Shown here in pieces: positions 38,775 to 49,066 of a DNA stretch of 64,000 bases. A program made the translations under genes and the position numbers. Within the stretch, counting starts at the first letter, position 1. Each line of letters begins with the position of its first letter. Origin of the DNA: Escherichia phage vB_EcoM_HZ_ZJUN4; the sequence record PP216085; one strand, given 5' to 3'. The notes beneath the pieces were generated by a model. That model made no database searches, was not told the DNA's origin, and saw only the letters and a program-made list of their open reading frames with translations.

Positions 38775-40588
38775 CAATTGAAAAAGAAATTGAAGGATTA
38801 ATTCATAAAACTAATAAAGACCTTTTGAACGAGAATGCTAATAAAGATTCTCGTGTTTTTCCAACTCAACGGGACCTTATGGCTGGTATTGTGTCTAAAC
38901 ACATTGCCAAAAATATGGTCCCGTCTTTTATTATGAAAGCGCATGAAAGCGGAATTATTCATTTCCATGATATTGATTATTCCCCTGCTCTTCCATTTAC
39001 TAATTGCTGTTTAGTAGATTTAAAAGGAATGCTTGAGAACGGGTTTAAGCTTGGTAATGCACAGATTGAAACCCCTAAATCAATCGGCGTTGCTACTGCA
39101 ATTATGGCACAAATTACTGCACAGGTTGCTTCCCATCAATACGGTGGAACGACTTTTGCGAATGTAGATAAAGTCCTTTCTCCTTATGTTAAACGCACCT
39201 ATGCAAAACATATTGAAGACGCGGAAAAATGGCAAATCACTGATGCGTTGAATTATGCCCAATCTAAAACAGAAAAAGATGTATACGATGCGTTCCAAGC
39301 TTATGAATATGAAGTAAATACTCTCTTTAGTTCAAACGGACAAACGCCTTTTGTAACAATTACATTTGGTACGGGAACTGACTGGACTGAACGAATGATT
39401 CAGAAAGCAATTCTGAAAAATCGTATTAAAGGTCTTGGTCGTGACGGGATAACTCCTATTTTCCCTAAACTTGTTATGTTCGTTGAAGAAGGTGTTAATC
39501 TTTATAAAGACGATCCGAACTATGATATTAAGCAGCTTGCTCTAGAGTGTGCAAGCAAAAGAATGTATCCTGATATTATTTCAGCTAAGAACAATAAAGC
39601 TATCACCGGTTCATCTATTCCTGTTTCTCCAATGGGTTGCCGTAGTTTCTTGAGCGTATGGAAAGATTCGACTGGTAATGAAATTCTTGATGGACGTAAT
39701 AATCTTGGTGTTGTAACACTGAATCTTCCTCGCATTGCACTAGATTCTTATATTGGAACACAGTTCAATGAACAGAAATTTGCCGAATTGTTCAATGAGA
39801 GAATGGATTTATGTTTTGAAGCATTGATGTGTAGAATTAGTTCCTTAAAAGGAGTTAAAGCTACTGTTGCTCCTATTCTTTACCAAGAAGGTGCATTCGG
39901 GGTTCGTCTTAAACCTGATGACGATATAATTGAGTTATTTAAAAACGGTAGAAGTTCAGTGTCCCTAGGATACATTGGTATTCACGAATTGAATATTCTT
40001 GTCGGTCGTGATATTGGACAAGAAATTTTAACTAAAATGAATACTCATCTTAAGCAGTGGACTGAAAGAACCGGTTTTGCTTTTAGCTTGTATTCTACTC
40101 CTGCTGAAAACCTGTGCTATCGCTTCTGTAAACTTGATACTGAGAAATATGGAAGTGTAAAAGATGTTACTGATAAAGGATGGTACACTAATAGTTTCCA
40201 TGTTTCAGTAGAAGAAAATATCACTCCGTTTGAAAAGATTTCTCGTGAAGCACCATATCATTTCATTGCGACAGGTGGTCACATTTCTTATGTTGAACTT
40301 CCTGATATGAAAAATAACTTAAAAGGTCTTGAGGCTGTATGGGATTATGCTGCGCAACATTTAGATTATTTTGGCGTTAACATGCCAGTAGATAAATGTT
40401 TTACGTGTGGAAGTACCCATGAAATGACTCCTACTGAAAACGGATTTGTTTGTTCTATTTGTGGAGAAACTGATCCTAAAAAGATGAACACAATAAGAAG
40501 AACTTGTGGTTATTTGGGAAATCCGAATGAACGCGGATTTAATCTTGGCAAAAATAAAGAAATCATGCATAGGGTTAAACACCAATGA
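38771..40588 (+). CDS. nrdD: anaerobic ribonucleotide reductase NrdD (605 aa), intronless
   Basis: 605-aa continuous ORF with C-terminal glycyl-radical motif RRTCGYLG and Cys-rich Zn site CFTCGS...CSICG. Confidence 0.93.
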   Translation: MTIEKEIEGLIHKTNKDLLNENANKDSRVFPTQRDLMAGIVSKHIAKNMVPSFIMKAHESGIIHFHDIDYSPALPFTNCCLVDLKGMLENGFKLGNAQIETPKSIGVATAIMAQITAQVASHQYGGTTFANVDKVLSPYVKRTYAKHIEDAEKWQITDALNYAQSKTEKDVYDAFQAYEYEVNTLFSSNGQTPFVTITFGTGTDWTERMIQKAILKNRIKGLGRDGITPIFPKLVMFVEEGVNLYKDDPNYDIKQLALECASKRMYPDIISAKNNKAITGSSIPVSPMGCRSFLSVWKDSTGNEILDGRNNLGVVTLNLPRIALDSYIGTQFNEQKFAELFNERMDLCFEALMCRISSLKGVKATVAPILYQEGAFGVRLKPDDDIIELFKNGRSSVSLGYIGIHELNILVGRDIGQEILTKMNTHLKQWTERTGFAFSLYSTPAENLCYRFCKLDTEKYGSVKDVTDKGWYTNSFHVSVEENITPFEKISREAPYHFIATGGHISYVELPDMKNNLKGLEAVWDYAAQHLDYFGVNMPVDKCFTCGSTHEMTPTENGFVCSICGETDPKKMNTIRRTCGYLGNPNERGFNLGKNKEIMHRVKHQ

Positions 40589-41424
40589 ATTACGATAGAT
40601 TTTATCCCTGTGATTTTGTGAATGATAAATTATCTTTAATATTTGAAGAAAATAATGATTTACTATTGTCATATGTTGATTTGATAACAAAAAATTATAA
40701 TAATCCTAAAATAAAAGGAAAAACGGAAGCACATCACGTGCTTCCCAAATCTATATTTCCCGAATATAAAACAGATAAATGGAATATTGTTAATTTGTCA
40801 TATTATGACCACGCGTTAGCTCATTACTATTTAGCTAAAACAAGTAATAGTAAAATGTGTTATGCCTTTCATAGAATGATAAACTCGAATACCGATAGAT
40901 TTAATACAGATGAATTGGATGAAATTCTTAAATTGTATTCCAGTGAAAAGGAATTATTTCACCGCTCTATGTCAAAATTATCGAAAAATATATGGAAGGA
41001 TGACGATTTTAGAAAAAGACATAGAGAACTAACTAAGTTAGCAATGCAAAAACCTGAAGTTAGAAATAAAACTTTATTAAATTTGTCAAATGCAATGAAA
41101 ACTGACGAAGTTAGAAATAAAATTTCCAGGCTAACTAAGTTAGCAATGCAAAAACCTGAAGTAAAAGAAAAACATAGAAATTCATTGAGGTTGGCGTATG
41201 CAAATCCTGAGGTTATGAAAAGAAAACATCAACGTCTTCGAGAAAAATATACTCTTAATTTATTTGGCGCATATAAAGATGGTGTTCTTTTAAAAACATT
41301 TAATTATATACCAGACGCAGCAAAATATTTTAATATTTCTAGCAAAGGAAATATTTTAAAATGTTTAAATGGCGAACGTAAAAGTGTTGAAGGCTATAAT
41401 TGGAAATATATAAATGAATTATGA
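40585..41424 (+). mobile_element. HNH-family homing endonuclease gene (279 aa) inserted upstream of nrdG
   Basis: HNH-like motif EAHHVLPKS ... NIVNLSYYDHALAH; first 13 codons (MNYDRFYPCDFVN) duplicate the nrdG N-terminus; repeated KLAMQKPEV modules. Confidence 0.7.
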
Positions 41425-41884
41425 CAGAATATACCCGTGCTGCTTTGTGAATGGCCCTGGATGCAGGACCGTTCTTTTCGTTACAGGTTGTTTGCATAAA
41501 TGTGAAGGGTGTTATAATAAATCAACATGGAATGCTAGAAATGGCGTTCCATTCACTGGTGAAACACTGGAACAATTAATTAAATGTTTGAATAATGATT
41601 ATATAGAAGGATTAACTATAACTGGAGGAGACCCTCTTTATCCTGATAACCGAGATGTTGTTCATTGCATTGTTCAAACAGTAAAAAATCTTTATCCAAA
41701 TAAAAGCATTTGGTTGTGGACAGGATATAAGTTTGAAGATATTAAACAACTAGAAATGCTTAAATATGTTGATGTTATTATTGATGGGAAGTATGAGAAA
41801 AATCTTCCGACCAAAAAGCTGTGGCGAGGTTCAGATAATCAGCGACTTTGGTCAAATACCGATGGGGTGTGGAAACATGATTAA
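41414..41884 (+). CDS. nrdG: anaerobic RNR activase NrdG, radical SAM (156 aa)
   Basis: MNYDRIYPCCFVNGPGCRTVLFVTGCLHKCEGC (CxxxCxxC); 156 aa. Confidence 0.92.
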   Translation: MNYDRIYPCCFVNGPGCRTVLFVTGCLHKCEGCYNKSTWNARNGVPFTGETLEQLIKCLNNDYIEGLTITGGDPLYPDNRDVVHCIVQTVKNLYPNKSIWLWTGYKFEDIKQLEMLKYVDVIIDGKYEKNLPTKKLWRGSDNQRLWSNTDGVWKHD

Positions 41885-41998
41885 ACTGAATTATATTATT
41901 GATACTATAAATGATATGATTTTTCATTTTGGTCCAGAATTTTATTCGCAGTATAGTTTAGTACTTATCAATGCTTGGTTAATCAATTAAGGGTAAAT

Positions 41999-42214
41999 AT
42001 GTATAAATTTCGTAAAGGTTTAGCTGATTTTCTTACAACTGTAACGTTCTTTTTGTTTATGGCAGTTGGTGCTATTTTTCTTATTCCTTTTATTGCTATA
42101 TTTTTCGTGATTAGTTTGATTTCTCCAGAAAAAGGACTGTCTTCTAGCGAGTTCAATGAACGCCTGGATAAAATTACTAATAAGCTGAATGCTGTTCTTG
42201 ATAAAAAGGATTAA
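41999..42214 (+). CDS. small membrane protein (71 aa)
   Basis: Internal ATG after GGGTAAAT; one long hydrophobic helix. Confidence 0.5.
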   Translation: MYKFRKGLADFLTTVTFFLFMAVGAIFLIPFIAIFFVISLISPEKGLSSSEFNERLDKITNKLNAVLDKKD

Positions 42215-42216
42215 TT

Positions 42217-42528
42217 ATGATTAGTTTTGAGCGGTATGTGGTAGAGAGTTGGAAAGGTTTTGATATGTTCGGTAATGACTATTATTTTTACGAATGTAAT
42301 CTAAATCCTAGTTTTTGGGCTGGACGTGAACGAGATCTCGAAGAAATTAATGCTCGTGCCGAATTGTTAGGTGAACTACCTACGGTTTATTTTACCTTTG
42401 ATGCATCTGGATTTGTTATCCAGGTTTATTTTCCTGAAGAAAACTCTGGTGAGGATTCTGTTAACCCGCCATACTGGGCTTATCAAGGAATTATTTCTCG
42501 TGGAACAAAACTCGAACTTAAAGAATAA
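42217..42528 (+). CDS. hypothetical protein (103 aa)
   Basis: ORF immediately after the upstream stop. Confidence 0.55.
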   Translation: MISFERYVVESWKGFDMFGNDYYFYECNLNPSFWAGRERDLEEINARAELLGELPTVYFTFDASGFVIQVYFPEENSGEDSVNPPYWAYQGIISRGTKLELKE

Positions 42529-42823
42529 GATTGAAGTCTATGGAATTCCAGATGAAGTAGGTCGTTGTCCTGGATGTCAATCAGTTACAAAACTTCTAAA
42601 GGAGCTCAATGCTCCTTTTACTTTCTATAAAGTTCTTACAAATAATGGTAAGATCGAGTATGATCGTCCATTGATTGTATCTCTTGCTAAACGCGCTGGA
42701 TTCACATCTCTTAACATTCGTTATCCAGTCATTTTCATCAATGATTCTAGACAAAAGAACATTAAACACTTCAAAGAAACTCTCATTTCACTTGGATATG
42801 ATAGAGATATCATAGAAGACTAA
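42500..42823 (+). CDS. nrdH: NrdH-like glutaredoxin (about 107 aa), probable GTG start
   Basis: KIEVYGIPDEVGRCPGCQSV carries a CPGC redox motif; no in-frame ATG near the domain start, GTG at about 42500 is preceded by AAGGA. Confidence 0.6.
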   Translation: MEQNSNLKNKIEVYGIPDEVGRCPGCQSVTKLLKELNAPFTFYKVLTNNGKIEYDRPLIVSLAKRAGFTSLNIRYPVIFINDSRQKNIKHFKETLISLGYDRDIIED

Positions 42824-42825
42824 GA

Positions 42826-42849
42826 CGGGCCCTCTGGGCCTTTCTTTCT
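42826..42849 (+). terminator. intrinsic terminator (GGGCCC-TCT-GGGCC + T-rich)
   Basis: GC hairpin followed by TTTCTTTCT. Confidence 0.6.
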
Positions 42850-42920
42850 CGCATTCTGTATATTACCATTCTAAGCTATCGTTCCCTTCTTATCATTCCC
42901 TAAAATAATTTCACAAAGTT

Positions 42921-42950
42921 GTTTACAAGAAGTTCAAACTGTGGTATTAT
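42921..42950 (+). promoter_or_regulatory. early promoter
   Basis: ACAAAGTTGTTTAC ... GTGGTATTAT. Confidence 0.6.
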
Positions 42951-42980
42951 TAACATATGAATTGCCTTTGAGGATTTGAT

Positions 42981-43163
42981 ATGGTTGTGGTTGATAAAGA
43001 AATTAAAAAGGGACAATATTATTTTATTAATGGTAATGTTGTTCGTGTTACTTATGTAAACGGTTTTGAAGTTTATTATCTTATACTCAAGTTACATAAA
43101 CAGATGATTTGTGATCGTGCTGTATTTAGTTCAGTTGCTAAGGAAATTAAACTCCATGGGTAA
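42981..43163 (+). CDS. hypothetical protein (60 aa)
   Basis: ORF after promoter with GAGGATTTGAT ribosome-binding site. Confidence 0.5.
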   Translation: MVVVDKEIKKGQYYFINGNVVRVTYVNGFEVYYLILKLHKQMICDRAVFSSVAKEIKLHG

Positions 43164-43588
43164 AACGTATCGTCGTAAAGATTTAAAAGTACGTGATTAT
43201 GACTATTTCGGAAAGCGTAAAGCTCCTGATGGTGTAAGTCATAAAGATATGGTTGAAAACATTTTTCACTCAGATAAATGACGTAGAATGAAAGGCATTG
43301 ATTCAGAAGTTAAAGATGAGTTAAATCGTCAATTACGTGGTGAAGTAAGAAAGTTGAAAAAATCAGTTTACATTGACGATGATTTTGATTACAATACTTC
43401 TCAACGAGTTGCTAAGCGTAAATCAAACGAGTGCTATCGTTACAGCTGAGGAAAATATGAATATCAAACGCATGCTTTTTAAACAGGGATTATATACTTT
43501 AAATGTTGCTCCAAAAGGCGATACGACCAAGTGGTCAGTAAATGACTGGATTAAATTTATTGATGAAAACGGTAACTGGAAAATTTAA

Positions 43589-43789
43589 ATGAATCCTGAA
43601 TCTAAATTATCGCAACGAATTGCTGAAGCTCGTCGTCAGTTCTTTGAAAATATGATAGCCCAAGGTATTGATGACGAAGTTTTTCTGAACTGGTTTTGGA
43701 ATCACAAATATTCAAAATGCGCAGGAGCAATATTAATATCAGCCGCAATGATGTACGAAGGCTGGAAGGGTGCCAAACAGTTTAGCTAA
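43589..43789 (+). CDS. hypothetical protein (66 aa)
   Basis: Followed by hairpin AGGGC-TTCG-GCCCT plus TTTTT at about 43789-43807. Confidence 0.5.
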   Translation: MNPESKLSQRIAEARRQFFENMIAQGIDDEVFLNWFWNHKYSKCAGAILISAAMMYEGWKGAKQFS

Positions 43790-43841
43790 GGGCTTCGGCC
43801 CTTTTTGGATAATAAAATTTTAATGCAATTGAGGATAATGT

Positions 43842-44168
43842 ATGACTATTCAAATTAAAAACGCCATCAATTCTTACGCATATGATAAAGTAGTTTCTTT
43901 GCTAGAAAAAGGCGATATTGTAACTCCTCAAATTTTGGATAAATGGGAAAAAGAGCTTCATCAGACGATGAAACAGAATGATCAGAAAATTGGACGAAAT
44001 ACTATCCGTGAATTGTTGGTTCAATATATCTTGTCAGAATTTGATGTTAAAGCTTTTGGCGTAGAATCTAAAGCTTATCAAAAGCATGAAATTTCTGATA
44101 AAACTATTCGTCGTATGAAAAATCAACGCAAGAAAAAATTTGCTGACCTGAAAATTGCTAAGGTATGA
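43842..44168 (+). CDS. hypothetical protein (108 aa)
   Basis: ORF with ribosome-binding site GAGGATAATGT. Confidence 0.55.
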   Translation: MTIQIKNAINSYAYDKVVSLLEKGDIVTPQILDKWEKELHQTMKQNDQKIGRNTIRELLVQYILSEFDVKAFGVESKAYQKHEISDKTIRRMKNQRKKKFADLKIAKV

Positions 44169-44386
44169 ATATGAACGAAGCTCTTATTAACGATTTGCGT
44201 CTTGCCGGATATGAAGTAAATACAAACGGCATTGGTTTAACTCAAATTGAAGGAAATGGATTCATCCTTGAGTATGAATTTAGCCAATGGTGGTTATACG
44301 CTAATTACGGCGAATTGATTGAATACGTTGACCAGTTTGATTCACTAGATGCAGCTCTCGAAGCGGCTAAGTTGATGAATGTATGA
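44165..44386 (+). CDS. hypothetical protein (73 aa)
   Basis: ORF overlapping the upstream stop. Confidence 0.5.
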   Translation: MNMNEALINDLRLAGYEVNTNGIGLTQIEGNGFILEYEFSQWWLYANYGELIEYVDQFDSLDAALEAAKLMNV

Positions 44387-44652
44387 AATTTATTAATATT
44401 TCTATTACTATTGAAAATTATGGAATTTTCTATGTTGACCAATACATGAAAATTTCATTTTTCCCAAATAAGACTGGTGTTGGATATTGGGAAAGCCATG
44501 TTTCTGAATTAAATGAAAGTGAATATGCTAGCACACATGAAAAGTTTTTAGACTTTTTATATCATGCTGATTTAACTAGTCATTACATAGATATTCATGA
44601 ATTTAAAAAGATGATGGAGAAAGTGTTCCAAGCATACTGTTTACTTAGATAA
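44383..44652 (+). CDS. hypothetical protein (89 aa)
   Basis: ORF overlapping the upstream stop. Confidence 0.5.
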   Translation: MKFINISITIENYGIFYVDQYMKISFFPNKTGVGYWESHVSELNESEYASTHEKFLDFLYHADLTSHYIDIHEFKKMMEKVFQAYCLLR

Positions 44653-44664
44653 CTGATATCCTCT

Positions 44665-44701
44665 ATGCTTTAAGATAGATCTTCAAATATTATGATATAA
44701 T
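44665..44701 (+). promoter_or_regulatory. possible MotA-dependent middle promoter upstream of gene 55
   Basis: MotA-box-like ATGCTTTA followed by TATTAT / GATATAAT; spacing not ideal. Confidence 0.4.
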
Positions 44702-44730
44702 AGATCTATGAATTGAGCTAAGAGGTGAAA

Positions 44731-45288
44731 ATGTCAGAAACTAAGCCTAAATATAATTACGTAAACAATAAAGAGCTTTTACAGGCTATTATTGATTGGA
44801 AAACAGAATTAGCAAATAATAAAGACCCAAATAAAGTAGTTCGTCAGAATGATACTATCGGATTAGCCATTATGCTTATCGCAGAAGGCTTATCTAAACG
44901 TTTCAACTTTTCAGGATACACCCAATCTTGGAAACAAGAAATGATTGCAGATGGTATAGAAGCTTCTATTAAGGGGCTTCATAATTTTGATGAAACGAAA
45001 TATAAAAACCCACATGCATATATAACTCAAGCTTGTTTTAATGCATTCGTCCAACGTATTAAAAAAGAACGTAAGGAAGTTGCAAAGAAATATAGTTACT
45101 TCGTTCACAATGTCTATGACAGTCGTGACGACGATATGGTTGCGTTAGTAGATGAAACTTTTATTCAAGACATCTACGATAAAATGACGCATTACGAAGA
45201 ATCAACCTATAGAACACCAGGGGCTGAAAAGAAAAGTGTTGTAGACGATTCTCCTAGTTTGGATTTTTTATATGAGGCTAACGATTAA
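44731..45288 (+). CDS. 55: late sigma factor gp55 (185 aa)
   Basis: ATG after AGAGGTG; 185 aa; position upstream of a-gt as in T4. Confidence 0.9.
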
Positions 45289-45490
45289 CCTCTCCGGATT
45301 CTTGGAAGAAATACCTGAAGTTGAAGCTATTCCCTATTTACTTAAAATGTATCTCAGGGAAGTTTTAGCTCTTGACATTGATATTGATCCAGAAAATCCG
45401 TATGATACCGCTTTTAAATCTAATGGTGTAGAATTAAACTATCGGTATCATTTAACAGATGATGATTTTTATTTTATATTAGAGAAATAA
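45272..45490 (+). CDS. hypothetical protein (72 aa)
   Basis: ORF overlapping the gene 55 end. Confidence 0.5.
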
Positions 45491-45491
45491 T

Positions 45492-45809
45492 ATGACTGAT
45501 AAACCCGAAATTAATGATGAAGTGGAAAAGCTTATTTCTTCTATTGAAGAAAAGAACCGTCTTGAAGCAGAAAGAAAAGCAAATAAGTTATTGTCTAAAA
45601 ATAAACGCGAACTGAACCGTCTTTATAAACACGCTCAGATTGCAGCTGAAAACAATAATTTTGCTCAATACGAATATGCTATCAAGAAAAGTCGGGATAT
45701 TCTAAAACAGCCATATAATGATGAACTCATTAGTATTCTTTGGAAGACTACTAGATCGCAGATTGAGGATATGATTGATGCTTACACACGTAAAATTCAA
45801 GCGTCTTAA
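45492..45809 (+). CDS. hypothetical protein (105 aa)
   Basis: Helical Lys/Glu-rich ORF. Confidence 0.55.
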   Translation: MTDKPEINDEVEKLISSIEEKNRLEAERKANKLLSKNKRELNRLYKHAQIAAENNNFAQYEYAIKKSRDILKQPYNDELISILWKTTRSQIEDMIDAYTRKIQAS

Positions 45810-45981
45810 AATTAATGCAGGATTTACTGAATCTTTGAACGGTCATCTTTGTGTGAAAATTTCTGAAAAAGAATACCATGATAGTTCAATTAAAGAAGTT
45901 AATCCTCCTATTGTAAGAGCAGACCCTAATATGAAAGTGTGGGTTGATTCTTATCAAGTCAAAAAATGGTGGCAACTGTGA
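45775..45981 (+). CDS. hypothetical protein (68 aa)
   Basis: ORF overlapping upstream gene end. Confidence 0.45.
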   Translation: MMLTHVKFKRLKINAGFTESLNGHLCVKISEKEYHDSSIKEVNPPIVRADPNMKVWVDSYQVKKWWQL

Positions 45982-46224
45982 AAGATGAACACCCAGACTT
46001 CTGAAATAGATTATAACAAAATTCGTTCCTCTAAAGTAGAAATGATGAGACGCTTTAAAGAGGCTCATGATAAAGCTAAAGCAGAAGGAACTATAACATA
46101 TAAACGCATAAAATTTAGAAGCTCTAATGAGCCTCTGTATGGTGTATTATGTGGATAGGAGCTTCGGCTCCTATATTGCTTTATAAATTTTTGGTAAAAT
46201 AAACCAAAACAATGAGGATATTAA

Positions 46225-47427
46225 ATGAAAGTATGTATTTTTATGGCTCGAGGTCTTGAAGGTTGCGGTGTAACTAAATTTTCTCTTGAGCAGCGTGATT
46301 GGTTTATTAAAAATGGTCATGAAGTAACTTTGGTTTATGCTAAAGATAAATCATTTACTCGTAATTGCGCGCATGATTATAAATCATTTTCAATTCCGGT
46401 TTTATTGGCAAAAGAATACGATAAAACACTTAAGTTGGTAAATGATTGTGATATTCTAATTATCAATTCAGTTCCTGCTACTTCAGTTGAAGAAGACACG
46501 ATTAATAACTATAAAAAAATTATTGATAACATTAAACCTTCGGTTCGTGTTGTAGTTTATCAGCATGACCATTCTTCTCTTTCTTTACGCCGAAATTTGG
46601 GATTAGAAGAAACTGTTCGTCGAGCTGATGTTATTTTTAGCCATTCTGATAATGGCGATTTTAATAAAGTTTTAATGAAAGAATGGTATCCAGAAACTGT
46701 TTCACTGTTTGATGATATTGAAGAAGCACCGACTGTATATAACTTTCAGCCTCCTATGGATATTGCGAAGGTTCGATCAACTTACTGGAAAGATGTTTCT
46801 GAAATTAACATGAATATCAACCGTTGGATTGGTCGTACTACTACATGGAAAGGCTTTTATCAGATGTTTGATTTTCACGAAAAACATCTTAAACCTGCAG
46901 GACTAAGTACTATTATGGAAGGTCTGGAACGTTCTCCAGCGTTCATTCCTATTAAAGAAAAAGGAATTCCATACGAGTATTATCGTCTTCATCAAGTAGA
47001 CCAAATTAAAATTGCTCCTAATTTGCCAACGCAAATTCTCGACCGTTATGTAAATAGCGAAATGCTTGAACGTATGAGTAAATCCGGATTTGGTTATCAG
47101 CTGAGTAAATTAGATAAAAAATATCTACAACGTTCTTTAGAATACACTCATCTCGAGCTTGGTGCATGCGGAACAATTCCAGTATTTTGGAAATCTACTG
47201 GTGAAAATTTAAAATTCCGTGTTGATAATACTCCGTTAATTTCTCATGATAGCGGTATCGTTTGGTTTGATGAAAATGACATGAAATCAACATTTGAGCG
47301 TATTAAAGAACTGTCATCTGACCGAGCTCTTTATGACCGTGAACGTGAAAAAGCTTATGAATTTTTGTATCAGCATCAAGATTCAAGCTTCTGCTTTAAA
47401 GAGCAGTTTGACATTATTACAAAATAA
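46225..47427 (+). CDS. a-gt: DNA alpha-glucosyltransferase (400 aa)
   Basis: 400-aa ORF MKVCIFMARGLEGCGVTKFSLEQRDWF...; size and position between 55 and 47 match T4 a-gt. Confidence 0.88.
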   Translation: MKVCIFMARGLEGCGVTKFSLEQRDWFIKNGHEVTLVYAKDKSFTRNCAHDYKSFSIPVLLAKEYDKTLKLVNDCDILIINSVPATSVEEDTINNYKKIIDNIKPSVRVVVYQHDHSSLSLRRNLGLEETVRRADVIFSHSDNGDFNKVLMKEWYPETVSLFDDIEEAPTVYNFQPPMDIAKVRSTYWKDVSEINMNINRWIGRTTTWKGFYQMFDFHEKHLKPAGLSTIMEGLERSPAFIPIKEKGIPYEYYRLHQVDQIKIAPNLPTQILDRYVNSEMLERMSKSGFGYQLSKLDKKYLQRSLEYTHLELGACGTIPVFWKSTGENLKFRVDNTPLISHDSGIVWFDENDMKSTFERIKELSSDRALYDREREKAYEFLYQHQDSSFCFKEQFDIITK

Positions 47428-47603
47428 AGGGCTTCGGCCCTTTAGCTTTATACGGAGTTTGATATAATGATATTTCTTGGATATGTGATACTTTTTCTTG
47501 CATTTTATCTATTTGCTAGAGCATGTTGGATTGGGTTCTTTAGCACTCCAGATGGATTTATTTCAATAATTTTATTTTGCATTTCAATGACGGTTCTTGA
47601 TAT

Positions 47604-48623
47604 ATGAAAATTTTAAATTTAGGTGATTGGCATTTAGGCGTTAAAGCTGATGATGAGTGGATTCAATCAATCCAGTTGGATGGAATTAAGCAAGCGATAG
47701 AATATTCTAAGAAAAACGGAATTACTACATGGATTCAATACGGCGATATTTTTGATGTGCGAAAAGCAATCACACATAAAACTATGGAGTTCGCCCGTGA
47801 AATAGTTCAAATGCTTGATGATGCTGGTATTACCCTGCATACTGTTGTAGGAAACCATGATATGCACTTTAAAAATACTTTAACTCCAAATGCTTCTACT
47901 GAGCTTTTGGCTAAATATCCTAATGTTAAAGTATATGATAAGCCTACTACAGTAGATTTTGACGGATGTTTGATTGATTTAATTCCTTGGATGTGTGAAG
48001 AAAATACCGGTGAAATTCTTGAACACATCAAAACTTCATCTGCTTCTTTTTGTGTTGGTCACTGGGAACTGAATGGATTTTATTTTTATAAAGGAATGAA
48101 ATCTCACGGTCTTGAACCTGATTTCCTTAAGACTTATAAAGAGGTGTGGTCTGGTCACTTCCATACTATCTCTGAGGCTGCTAACGTCAAATATATTGGG
48201 ACACCATGGACACTAACTGCAGGTGACGAGAATGACCCTCGCGGGTTCTGGATGTTTGATACAGAAACAGAACGAATGGAATTTATTCCAAACAACACTA
48301 CCTGGCATCGTCGAATTCAATATCCATTTAAGGGAAAAATTGACTACAAAGATTTTACAAATCTATCAGTACGTGTTATAGTAACTGAAGTAGACAAAAA
48401 TCTAACGAAGTTCGAATCTGAACTAGAAAAAGTTGTGCATTCATTACGAGTTGTGTCAAAGATTGATAACTCTGTCGAGTCAGATGATAGCGAAGAAGTT
48501 GAAGTTCAATCTCTTCAGACGTTGATGGAAGAATACATTAATGCAATTCCAGACATCACTGATTCTGATCGCGAAGCACTTATTCAATATGCAAATCAGT
48601 TATATGTAGAGGCAACACAATGA
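47604..48623 (+). CDS. 47: recombination nuclease subunit gp47 (Mre11/SbcD-like, 339 aa)
   Basis: Phosphoesterase motifs LGDWHLG, GDIFD, GNHD, GHWE, GHFH; 339 aa. Confidence 0.93.
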   Translation: MKILNLGDWHLGVKADDEWIQSIQLDGIKQAIEYSKKNGITTWIQYGDIFDVRKAITHKTMEFAREIVQMLDDAGITLHTVVGNHDMHFKNTLTPNASTELLAKYPNVKVYDKPTTVDFDGCLIDLIPWMCEENTGEILEHIKTSSASFCVGHWELNGFYFYKGMKSHGLEPDFLKTYKEVWSGHFHTISEAANVKYIGTPWTLTAGDENDPRGFWMFDTETERMEFIPNNTTWHRRIQYPFKGKIDYKDFTNLSVRVIVTEVDKNLTKFESELEKVVHSLRVVSKIDNSVESDDSEEVEVQSLQTLMEEYINAIPDITDSDREALIQYANQLYVEATQ

Positions 48624-48883
48624 CTTTTGATGAATTTAAAAATGTTATGATGTGTCAGCATTTTGAATGCGAAGTAAAAGATGATATTGGGCATAAAGAA
48701 ATTATTGAATATTGGTTTGAACCGCTAGAGGTTGAAGATAATTGTATTAAAAAGGTCACGGTCTGCACTGACTGGGCGGTATCTTTTAACTTCAACATTT
48801 TAGATAATGACACACCTAAATCATTACAAGATATGGCTGTATCTTGTATTAAGGATGCATACTGTGAAGTTTTCGACATTTGA
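48620..48883 (+). CDS. hypothetical protein (87 aa), 46.x position
   Basis: ORF overlapping the gene 47 stop; Cys-rich. Confidence 0.55.
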   Translation: MTFDEFKNVMMCQHFECEVKDDIGHKEIIEYWFEPLEVEDNCIKKVTVCTDWAVSFNFNILDNDTPKSLQDMAVSCIKDAYCEVFDI

Positions 48884-49066
48884 CATTAACGATGAATTCA
48901 TAGCAAATATTGATTACACCGAAGAAGATTCTAGATATGTTGGAATAATTTATATCACATCAAAAGCAGCACAAGGTGTTGTTTGCATGGCTGAATTTGA
49001 TGAATACTTTTTAGATTATGATGATATGATAGAATGGTCTAAAAGATACATTAAAAGGAATCTTTT

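Noticed and set aside
43159-43588. Three micro-ORFs of about 40-54 aa between 42981 and 43589
   Set aside because: Below a length I can support without comparative data and coordinates uncertain; they may be real small early proteins, but they are not reported as features.
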